Below, piece after piece: positions 23,801 through 34,469 of a stretch of DNA of 64,000 nt. The position numbers and the translations under genes are program-made. The DNA is from Mayamaea pseudoterrestris (Eukaryota), in NCBI GenBank assembly GCA_027923505.1, contig BROI01000031.1:62001-126000 (forward strand), read 5' to 3'. How positions within the stretch are numbered: position 1 is the first letter of the stretch; the number at the start of each line of letters is the position of its first letter. Below the pieces are notes generated by a model. The model was not told the DNA's origin. It saw nothing but the letters and a program-made list of their open reading frames with translations, and made no database searches.

Positions 23801-24560
23801 CAAACGATCCGACGGTGTCCAGTCTCACATGCGGAACGCACTCTCGGGATATACCTTGCACCAGATGGCTCTGACACAGTCCAGGCGCGGGTTCTTCTGA
23901 AGAAATCAAGGGAATGGGCAGCACGCTTACGTTCGAGCCGTCTACCGCGTAACTTGGCATTACAAGCATACTCTACAACGATTGATAAGAGCCTGGCATA
24001 CCCACTGGTCGCCACGTGTCTGACACGCGGACAATGCGGAAAGATTCAAAGCCCAGCTATGTCTGCGGCTCTCCAGGCGGCCGGTGTTGGTAAAGACGTA
24101 CCATTGGCAATCCGGACAGCACCCATTCGTTGGCAAGGACTGGGACTCCCTCACTTGTACACCACACAATTGCATGCGCACTTGGAGGCCATCTTCTTCG
24201 CGAATGAGCTACCCGCACGGAATACGTCTCAACTTTTACGAGCTAGTGCTGAGCTGTTGAAATTGGAAATCGGATGCAACGGACCATTGTTTGGAAACGA
24301 TTTTGCGCGATTGCGAGACGCAACAACAACCAGTTGGATGCACTTCACGTGGGGATGCTGCAATCAACATGGCATTGTCATGGATGACTCCCTGCCGGAA
24401 TTCACCCCTCAGCGCGATGGTGACACTCTCCTCATGGAAACGTTCCTCCAAGAAACCATCTCCAATGCCGAGTTGCTCCTCCTGAATCGCTGTCGTCTCT
24501 ACCTTCAAGTTTTGTATCTGTCTGACATTGTGCAGGCTGATGGCACGTCAATTCTTCCTT
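20894..24560 (+). pseudogene. ORF2: AP endonuclease plus reverse transcriptase, with one in-frame TAA at 22235-22237 and a 3' truncation
   Basis: APE motifs: LLFVNIGGL, LGLSEVNVNW, VAYRP, LGIDANE, KIDGLF, ADH. RT motifs: KLRAICLFD, SNDARACYDRIVH, GQGNG, FVDDTDL, GGAIAPEK, RTLGIYLAPDG. ORFs 20894 and 22253 share a frame. Confidence 0.9.
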
Positions 24561-27500
24561 CGAAGACGAAGCGAGATTACAAGGACTACAAAAACGTTCA
24601 GCATCCCCACGGGTGGTTGAGTTGGAGCGCGTCCTACCAATCGCCAAGCTCCATGGCTGTTCTAACGTGCTCGACAGCAAGTACGTACCAGTCACGGAAG
24701 AAGAGAAGGAAGAGTTCAAGGAGCAGCAAATCTTCATGTACACTGCGTTTCGCAATTGTCTCGAAGTACCTGGATACCAATCGCTCCTAATGAAGTACGC
24801 TGACGAGTCTGACGCTCAGAGCGTCTATCGCGACCTCGCGACCAAGTTTGGTTCCGGCGAGTTAGCTACCATCCAAGCGAACGAACTGCAAGCCAAGCTT
24901 GCGACGATTCGCCTAGATTCGACCTGGACGAAAGGACACTACAAGTTCCTAAACTACATCGAACAGCTCATGAAGAATCTCGAGGAGTTCCGTCCTGGAG
25001 TGACGGATGACAAGAAGAAGTACTACTGGCTCCGAGCTGCAGTGGAAGGCGACGAAGAATTCGGCCCCACGTGCACGACACTCGACCAGCACTTGACATT
25101 TGAACAACGACGCATCATTAGTGCAGGCGGTGACCCAGACGCCATCGTAACGGAAGATTATGACTATCTTTTCGACATGTTGTCGCAGCAGGCTTTGCGC
25201 ATCGACAACAAGAACGCCAAGTTGAACAAGGGCAAGAAGAACGCCGACCGCCAAGCGAACAACGCGAACACTACCGGCCAAGGACGTGGCAACGGACGCG
25301 GTTCCGGCCGTGGTGGAGGACGCGGCGGCCAAGGCGGACGCGGCGCTGGACGAGATGGTGGACGTGGCACCCAAGCGGGCCGCGGTTCCGGAGGACGAGG
25401 CTCTTCCGCGCCACTACCAGCAGCCGGCACGCAAGCGCATCGGGAACGATTCCCTGGTGATTATCTGAACTTTGAACAGTTGTTGCAGGCCCCCTGGTCG
25501 TACATGTCGTACGAACGACTCGGCCGACTTAACGAGGACGAATACGCTCAGCTCATGGCTCGACGCGAAGCCGTCCCAAGACCCGCCACAACAAGACGCG
25601 CGAACAATGGCAACCGCGCGAATAACCAGCAGTCACAAGCGGCTGCCTCGGTGCCTGGTACAATCTTGTATCAGAATGACGCTGTCTCGATCGCCCCGAC
25701 GACAGCCACTCAAGGTGCACCGGATGACATGATTAGATCTTTCCTTGCGAACGCCGCGTCGTCTCGCACTCAAGCTGCGAATAACACCCAGCAAGAGTTT
25801 ATGGGAAGCGACGGCCGTCGGTACCGCGCAATGGTATCGGTGCGCTACACTGTGAATCGAGCTCGCAGCAACGAGACCCGCCAAGGATCGCTGATTGACG
25901 GCGGTGCGAACGGTGGACTCGCTGGAAGCGATATGAGAATCTTGAGTACTACCAACCACACGTGTAACGTGACAGGTTTGAGCGACCACACGGTTCGCGA
26001 CCTCCAAGTCGGAACTGGCGTCGCATTGATTGAGACTCGGACTGGACCCATTATCGGTCAGTTCAACCAGTATGCTCTGTACGACGGTGCTGAATCCATT
26101 CATGCTCCATCGCAGCTTCGTTCGTTCAGCCATCTGATCGACGACGTCGCTCGCTCCCAGAATGGAGCACAAGCCATTGTCACTAGTTGTGGCAAGACCA
26201 TCCCCTTGGCGATCCGTGACGGCTTGCCTCGTATGGATATGCGTCCACCGACGGACGCAGAGTTGGAAATGTATCCGACGGTCATTTTCTCTGCGGACAC
26301 CCTTTGGGATCCGGCGGAGCTGGATAATGAATGGAACGAAGAAGAACTTGAGTTTAATCGTCGCTTCGACGAATTGGAAGAAGAACACGGCTTCGTCGAC
26401 GCCCGCATGGATGACTTCGGCGACGCCACCTACCGAAACAACATGAACTCAGTGGAACGTGTGGTGCAGTATGTCGATCGCAATCAGGCTGATACGACGC
26501 GCCAAGCCAATGCACGACGCATAATGCCACAAGAACCTGACACCAAAGCGCTTCACCCTCCTTGGCTACACGCCACTTCGAACGAGTCAAGCGCACCATT
26601 AAGAATACGACACAGCTTTTCCTGCATCGGCACACACCATTTCGCCAACACTTTAAGTTCGTGATACCCCGCCGCCAATGTGGTTCGTTTCCATGACGAT
26701 ACGGCGACAGATACCTGGTTTTCCAAGGAAGCCGCCTTTAACGACGGAATCCGCGGCCATGGCGGATGCAAGATGATGCAACTGTTCGTTGGCAAGAAGA
26801 GTCTGCTGACGAGGGGATACCCACTGAGAACCGAGAGTGACATGCCCAAGGCGCTCGAAGACTTCATTCGAGACATTGGCGCTCCCGACTTGCTCATTAG
26901 CGATAACTCGCGAGCGCAGCTCGGGAAGCAAGTTGAAACCTTGTTGCGATTCTACGCGATTCGTGACCAACAGAGCGAGCCCGGATACCAGAACCAGAAC
27001 CCTGCCGAGCGTCGCATCCAAGAAGTCAAGTCATCAGTCCAAAACATCATGAACCGTACGGGCGCACCTGCTGGAGCCTGGCTCCTATGCGCGCTGTACG
27101 TAATCGCCTTATTCAACAATCTGGCGACCGAGTCCCTCAACTGGAAGACACCTACTGAAGCCGCCTTCAACCGAGTACCCGACATTTCGCCGTTCCTGCA
27201 GTTCAAGTTCTGGGAACGAGTCCTGTATGAAGCTGGAGCCGACGAGCCGCCGACATTTCCTCACACCAAGGAAGCAGCAGGACGCTGGGTCGGTATTGCA
27301 GAGAACAAGGGTGACATCCTCACGTACCAAGTTCGATCCGATCGGACTGGAATGGTTGTCGTCCGATCCAACGTTCGTCCCTTCTCCGGCGACGTAACCT
27401 ACGCGCTGAAGCTGAAAGCGCTCCTGAACCCGAGTCCGAACGACCACTGTTCGCGGAACCTGTCTTCGACGCGCGCCCTGCGCGTGAACGAGTCCAAGTC

Positions 27501-29895
27501 GAAACTGTCGACGAGTTTGACGATGCGTACGACCTAGTCGGTCCGGTGTTTGAACACGACCTTACACCGACCCCAGCGCCTGATTCTGGGGGAACCGTGG
27601 ATGAAGACGCATTCACGTTGGAAAGCGCTGCCGAGTTAGCCGGTTTGGATCCCGACGGACCCATGCCGTCCTTTACTCCGGCTGAACTGATGGGACGCAC
27701 TGTCCTTCTTGACGAGGAAGACGGCTCCACGCGACGTTACAAGGTTATCGAGCAACTGAACGATCGCGATGAAGCCAACCACAAGATCATCAAGTTCCGA
27801 TTGAGTCTCGGCGACGGCGACGTCGATGAGCTTATTACCTACAACGAACTAGCCGACCTGTGCGAGCGGCAAGATTCGTTACGACTGGGGGACGATGACA
27901 ACGACGACCAGTACTACAAGTTTGATTTCATTGACGGACATGAAGGTCCACTGACACAAGCCGACGCTACGTATCGCGGCTCATCCTACAACTTGCTCAT
28001 CCAATGGGCAAATGGCGAGAAGACCTGGGAGCCACTCGCATTGATCATCAAGTCCGACCCTGTGACCGTCGCCGAGTATGGCAAGCGCAAGGGCATGCTG
28101 GACAAGGATGGATGGAAGCGCTTGAAGCGCATGGCAGGACGCACTAAATTGTTTAACCGCATGTGCAAGGCTGCAAAGAAGAACCGTGTCCAAGAAGCGC
28201 GTTTCAAGTTTGGCGTTCAAGTTCCTAATACCTGGAAGGAAGCAAACCGCCTCGACGCTGCTAATGGAAACACCCTGTGGGCTGACGCCGTCAAGACTGA
28301 GATGGAGCAGCTACACGAGTACGACACTTTCATCGACAAGGGCATCGGTGCCTTCATGGAAAGTGACTGGAAGCGCATCAACGCGCATCTTGTTTTCGAC
28401 TGCAAGAACGATCTACGACGTAAGGCCCGACTCGTCGCCGGGGGACATCTGACCGCTCCGCCCAAGGACTCCGCCTACTCCGGCGTTGTATCTATGCGAA
28501 GCATTCGAACCATAGCACTGTTAGCTGAACTGAACGACCTCAAGTTTTGGGCTGCCGATGTCGGTAACGCCTACCTCGAGGCCAAGACCAAGGAAAAGGT
28601 CTACATTGTTGCCGGTCCCGAGTTTGGACCATTGGAAGGCCATACCTTGGTCATCTACAAGGCACTTTACGGATTGCGCACTTCTGGCGCGCGTTGGCAT
28701 GAGCACTTTGCCGACACACTCCGCGACATTGGATTCTACCCAAGCTACGCGGATCCTGACGTCTGGATGAAAGACTGTGGCACTCACTACGAGTACGTCG
28801 GCGTGTTCGTCGACGATCTGGCTATGGCCATGAAAGACCCACAAGCCTTCACGGACCTCCTCAAGGACAAGTACAAGTACAAGTTGAAGGGCGTCGGTGA
28901 CATCAAGTATCACCTTGGAGCCGACTTCTATCGTGATCCCAATGGAACCCTCTGCATGAGCGCGAAGACCTACGTCGGTCGCATGCTCAAGAACTACGAG
29001 ACCATGTTTGGCGAGAAGCCACGCAAGCGCAAGTCACCGCTTGACGACGGGGATCACCCCGAACTTGACCTTACCGAAGAGCTGGATGCCCGTGGCATTC
29101 AACAGTACCAGTCTCTTATCGGTGCCCTCCAGTGGGCAGTGACCCTATGTCGACTTGACATTCATTGTGCCGTGATGACACTTGGCCGATTCCATGCCGC
29201 CGCGCCGTGGACACCTGGACCGAGCCAAGCGAGTCTGCGGTTACCTAGCTGAGTACCCTGACGCGGCGATTCGTTTCCAGACGAAGATCGTCGATCACGG
29301 GGAACCTACCAAGTATGATTGGTTGCAATCGGTATACGGCAACTCAAGCGAAGAGCTTCCGTGGAACATGCCGATCCCGAAGGGCAAGCCTGTGCAACTA
29401 ACTACCTTTATGGACGCGAACCTGTATCATGATTACACTACTGGACGTTCCGCAATGGGAGTCCTGCATTTCCTGAACCAGACGCCCGTTGAATGGTTCT
29501 GCAAGCGTCAGAATACTGTCGAGACTGCAACGTATGGATCCGAGTTCGTCGTCGCCAAGACCGCGACGGAACAGATTATGGATTTCCAATACTCCCTACG
29601 CATGTTGGGAGTTCCTTTGAGTGGACCAGCCTGGATGTTCGGCCGGAACGAAGGTGTGAAGAAGTCGTCAACGATCCCGCACTCCACACTTTCTAAGCGA
29701 CACAATGCGCTCGCCTACCACCGAGTTCGCGAGGCCATTGCAAGCAATGTTCTGTACTTTGAGCACATCTTCGGCAAGCAGAACGTCGCCGACGTTCTTA
29801 CCAAGTTCTTGCCACATGCCACGTTCCGACCCCTGATCATTCCGATTCTTTTCTGGAAGGGTGATACGGCAAACCGATCGTTGTCACAAGCCTAG
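24561..29895 (+). pseudogene. gag-pol polyprotein of the copia element (frameshifted; ORF-track pieces 24613-26664, 26680-27537, 27546-29252, 29182-29895)
   Basis: Consecutive ORF pieces carry the copia domains in canonical order. Confidence 0.9.
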
Positions 29896-29906
29896 ATCAA
29901 GGGGGA

Positions 29907-30235
29907 TGACACAATATTATTGAGTTGAGTTGACCTGCGTCTTATGACAAGACGGTTAGCTACCTGTGTTTTGTATGCATTTAATCCTGTGCAGGGTTGA
30001 GTCACACTTGTGACCGAATCCTCACATACATGAGTGAAATCGCTGACGATCGAGGCGTGAACCTCGACCGTGAACCCAGTGAGAACGAGAAAGAAGCGCA
30101 CGAGTAGAGTAGCGAGTAACATGCACTATTCTAGCAATTGAGTTTGTTTGTTTGCTTTACGCTGGACGAAGAGGTTGATCGCTCCTAGTCCATTGTAGTC
30201 GCTGGAATAAAGGTTCGTCTGATATTATCGTGTCA
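29907..30235 (+). repeat. 3' LTR (329 bp, TGACAC...GTGTCA) preceded by the polypurine tract AAGGGGGA (29899-29906)
   Basis: TG...CA ends with a terminal inverted repeat and an AATAAA near the end. A near-identical inverted copy lies at 53999-54327. Confidence 0.93.
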
Positions 30236-30920
30236 GAAGCTCCTCTTGAAGGGCCTGGATGGCGGTCAAAAAATCTGGGCTACAAAGGCTTGACCGAGCG
30301 AGCTCACCACTTTGCGTGTTGATATTAGCTAAAGTATTAGCCACCTCAATGAAAAGGTTGGGCGTTGCTTGAGTATGATCTTGCATGACGCGGACAGAGT
30401 TGATCAAGCGCACCTGGCTCTCGCGGACTTCCGAGACATGGCGTTGGCTGAGAATGGCCCTGTCGACGTCTTCGGTGACTTGCTCGCTCAGCTCCTGCAT
30501 GGCCGCAGACAAGCCTTCATCTTGTACATTGACAGCACCGAGCTGCCTAGAAAGATTGGACAGTGTCCTTAAAATTGACGTGTTCTGTGCTTGCACTTGC
30601 GCAAACATGTGTCCTGTTTGAAAATGCAATTGGCATAAGAATTTAGTTGTGATATTACAATTGAAATTACTGGATGTAAAGACACTGAACATCTGCTTAC
30701 CTTCCGCACCTGGCTGCCGAGCCTGTGCAAGAGGAACTTGAGCTAGAGAAAATGAAATGAGTGATGGACAACTCTGCAGTGCAGGATGCGTGTGTGTGAC
30801 AAGACATTTACCGACATAAGGAACAGGTCTGTTGCCAGCCGCTGCGGCTCCAGCACTTGGTTCGTTTTGCTCCACTTCTACATGACTGGATCGTGAGCCT
30901 GCGTGTGTTAATGGAGCCAT
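30236..30920 (-). pseudogene. Small spliced coiled-coil protein gene, cut at its 3' end by the copia LTR
   Basis: ATG at 30920 (MAPLTHAGS...). Two GT-AG introns, 30811-30743 (69 nt) and 30700-30614 (87 nt), with pyrimidine-rich acceptors. The last exon is heptad-like: LRTLSNLSRQLGAVNVQDEGLSAAMQELSEQV. Decayed copies at ~45700-46030 and ~48340-48960. Confidence 0.6.
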
Positions 30921-30949
30921 GATTAAGAGAATCTCTTGGAGAAGCAATC

Positions 30950-33900
30950 AATGAGCAGGATGATTTGTGAGAGGAGGATCTGGCAAGTTTTGAAGCGATC
31001 TCAATGGTCGTGCAATCGTTCCAGTGAGAAAGGTGACCTATGTTGTATGTGCTAAGATTATTGCCCCCAAACAGCACCACAAGTGCGTACACAAAACTTA
31101 CTTATCAAGTCTGCTGACGGTTCAGAAAGCCGACTGGATAGGCGTGAAAAGAACAAGTACGTAATGATGAGTCGTGTACACGTGGCAAGCACTTACGTCA
31201 TTTTTTTGAGTCCTAAGGTAGCACGTTCCAAGAACGAAACTCCGACCGATCACATTGGCAATTGCGCCAGAGGTTCCGTGCAAAGCTGTCCTATAAGCAC
31301 ATAAGCCTGATCTTTTCGGGCGTTGAATCAATGGGGAATGGTGATGGATCGGTGTCATGCTCGACTGGCTCTGACTGTCTCACCGACGCTCGCGTTCTTC
31401 TTTCTTCTACGTACAACAGACGATGGATTGTAATCGGAATCCAAGCTGCGTAGCTCTCTTTGCAGACGGCTGTTAACAGGAGGCAATGGAAGAGGCAAAT
31501 GATTGACTCTAGAAGCTGTATCCCTCCCCGATTGGATGACTGATTCATCGTTGCTCAATTCGGGTGGTTCATCTTGAGGGAGCGAGTCTCCATCACTTGA
31601 AACCTCCTTGTCGCCATCACTCAAGCAGTCAGAATCGCTGTCGCTCGTTGTTCCTTCGTTAGCAATCATTTGCTGATGGTTTGAGCATGCAAACATGACG
31701 TTTCTAGTGCAGATAACTCAACCTGTGGACGGTTTCCAAATGAGGAAGGTGTCAGACGAGTGCAAATTGGCGTACCCAACGAAGTAAACAAGCTCCGCTT
31801 TAGAAACAAAAATGCTTTTGCTTTCCTGGTTTCTTCATCCATCCTTGGTTGCCCCAAGGAACGAGATCTGTTGAAAGGACCAGCAGGGCTCCTTGAACGC
31901 GGTGTACGCGCTGCTGTACTTGCCTCGAGCGAGTAAATTGTCGAGGACCATTGCAGTATTCACGCTGTGCGCCCAAAGCTTTAAAGGAACTTGTTTGACT
32001 TCAATTCCTTTGTCATTTGTAACTGTAGACTCGTCGCGAAGGCGGCTGCCGTTCATCATTGCGTACGCTCTGTCGCGCAACTAAGGGAACACTCGTTCCA
32101 CCTTGCCGTTCCATTGAGGCGTATACGGGAGAGTTTATTCCATCTGGATGCCCCACTGCTTGCAATACTTTTCAAGCGGTAGCCATTCTGGAGTGTTATG
32201 AAGACGAAGGAAGAGGCAAGGGAAGTTGTGCGCTCACAACGACGTGAGCTCCTCCATAACGACGTGAGCTCCTCCATAACAATGTCGGCCATTTGTGACT
32301 TGTATCGAGTGAAATAGCACCATTTTCTGCTGGTATGGTCGTCTACCATCCTTAACCAGTACTTATTCTTTTCTTGCGTCTCGTCATAAGGACCACTCGA
32401 GTCAACAAAGATGCGCTCTCCAGGTCGTAGAGCTGTCACAGCGGTAGACTTGGCCGTCTTCTTTGCTGTCATCTTGCCTTTCTCGCAAGGAGCGCATTGA
32501 TCCGAGTTGCCGTAACGCTTCCAATTTAACTGCGTTGCGTACTGCTGTAATTGATTCCTTCCAGGATGCCCTAGGATTTGATGAGCTTGATTAATCCTGA
32601 CGCGCTGTGGAGGCTTGTTGATTGCCTCGTCTTCTGCAGGATATTTGTTTGTGTATGGTTGGTATGGCCGTCTATCGCAGCCATGACTGCTGCGATGTAG
32701 TCAATTGGAACAACGACGCAATCGAACTCCGGGATCCACTGAACGCTGCAGCGCATATCACACATTTGTTGCTTGTGTTCATACTGCTCATGTCGAATGT
32801 TCATAAATCATTCCCATTGCTTGGCATACTCAAGACGGTTACATCCGTTGGTATGCTGCTGCTCTCTTCTTCGGCGGCTCTTCCACGGACTAGTGCGCTC
32901 GGCTTGTTACTGCTCTCTTCTTCGCCACCATTTAAACGCATAGGGATTTTGCTAACAACCCTTTGGTTGACGGGTGTGCGAAAATACATCTCGGCTCTTT
33001 GCTGATACTCAAGTTCACTTCCATCCATCAATCTGACTGGAATAAAGAAGTTGGGACCTGACTCCGTCAAACCTGTAGGGACCTCATTTTCCATAGCTCG
33101 CTCTTTATTCCCGAAATACTCGCGAGCGCACTGTCTCTCTGCTTCTGTGGTGCAGGCCTGTAGATCGTTGAATCGAAGGTTGCATTCCACGTGGTCCCAG
33201 AAGTCGCTGGGATCAGGGTAACAATCTGTCCCTCCGCGAGTCGAGCTCGATCATCCTGCATCATTGGCCTCATGGCTATATGATGGTACTCGGTGATGTT
33301 CTGCTGGATCATCTCTCCTGAGAGAGCATAGCAGTTGTTGACGCTGCTTGCCATCAAGCTTTCCTCATCTCCCAAGTAGCAGAAGATCTTGTACTTGGTC
33401 AACCATCAAGTCTTCAAGACCTGCATGAACAAGTCATCGGGAGGTCTTTTACCAAGTCTTTCAGTCTGTTGTTCTGTACTTCTTTATGAAGAGCATTGAG
33501 CTCCTCAATCTTGCTGCGTTTGAAGCCTGTCACCTTTTCTAGACGCTTGTCAGTAAACTTCAGACCTTTGGCTAAGCGTGGCTTCGTGCTTATTCTCGTC
33601 ATGAGCATCGCTTCTTACCATGTATAGAGCTCTAAAACTGTAACGTATGAATCATCACTTAATTCACTGCTGTCACTTGCAGACCATCCATTCCCAGAGG
33701 TGCTGTCATCCCCATGGTCGCTTCCATCGGGAGGGTCGCTCGCCCCAACTTCCAGCTCACAGTGGATTGCCAATCCAGATTGGGACAGTGGAGTCAACCA
33801 CCACAAAGTCGTTGGCGTTGCTCACCACGACATGCCCCTCACTGGCTTCTTTGTCCTGATATATATTGGCTTTCGGCTTCCTCCATCTAGTTTTAAGCTA

Positions 33901-34330
33901 ACGAATCACTATCAAGGCTGTCGTACGATTGAACGAAGTCATCGTCGGCTTAAAGGCACAAACTGAACCCCAAGGCATGTATGGTAGGTATAGGTAGGTT
34001 GCTAGTGAGGGAGGTTTGATTGCTTGCAAACGAGTAGTCCTTTTTGCTGCTCTTCGTTTGTTCTTTGAACTTGTTGAGCTAATTGATACTGTAAACTGGA
34101 CATATTTCTCCTTCTTTGGCTCTTTGCAGTCGCTAGCAAAGTGACCAGTCTTCTGGCAGTTGAAAGAGGTGATGTCTTGGGTTTGTTGACTTTGGCAGCT
34201 GTGTCACCACTTGCTTTGCCTTTGAACTCATCACACTTGCCCTTGTATCCTTTTCCGCTTGGCCCTTGTCTCTGCCAGTCTTCTTTGTCAAGTTGGTGGC
34301 TGATTCGTTTGGCATCAATAGGACCGACAT
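30950..34330 (-). mobile_element. Degenerate copia element (gag zinc knuckle, integrase; RT internally deleted)
   Basis: DITSFNCQKTGHFASDC (degenerate CCHC knuckle, ~34125-34175). GHPG...CAPCEKGK, IFVDSSGP and PQWNGKVER (integrase, ~32570-32090). A 20-bp tandem duplication at ~32238-32280. Homologous, inverted, to 46500-48300. Confidence 0.75.
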
Positions 34331-34460
34331 TTCGAAAGTCTGTAAGGTTTGGGAAGACAATAATGCGGCGCTCTTATTGGCTAATTCTCCGTACCCGAAC
34401 ATGCGACCACAAACAGAGCACATTGCAATTAAATATCATTGGTTTCGCGAGCATCTGGAT
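34330..34460 (+). mobile_element. Short inverted copia RNase H C-terminal fragment
   Basis: KVWEDNNAALLLANSPYPNMRPQTEHIAIKYHWFREHL matches the copia RNase H tail (EDN...KHI.IKYH..RE). Confidence 0.75.
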
Positions 34461-34469
34461 CCCAGCTGC

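Larger units (their letters stand above)
18174..24560 (+). mobile_element. Non-LTR retrotransposon (two ORFs, APE-RT), Ambal-like; 3'-truncated
   Basis: A long ORF1 followed by ORF2 with AP-endonuclease and non-LTR RT motifs. The sequence switches to copia gag at ~24560, with no RNase H or 3' tail. Confidence 0.88.
24561..30235 (+). mobile_element. Ty1/copia LTR retrotransposon (CoDi-I-like, with chromodomain); lacks the 5' LTR and gag start
   Basis: Order is gag, protease (LIDGGANGGLAG), integrase (ISDN, QNPAERRI), chromodomain-like segment, RT (KARLVAGGH, LYGLRTSG, FVDD), RNase H (DANLYHD, TYGSEF, ADVLTK), PPT, LTR. About four frameshifts. Confidence 0.95.

Noticed and set aside
29892..30122. 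76-aa ORF duplicated at 54112-54342
   Set aside because: It lies within the LTR on the antisense strand, and the duplication just reflects the two LTRs.
30225..30947. env-like ORF of a copia element
   Set aside because: It contains two canonical sense-strand introns and no clear transmembrane segment, so it is better explained as a cellular-type gene.
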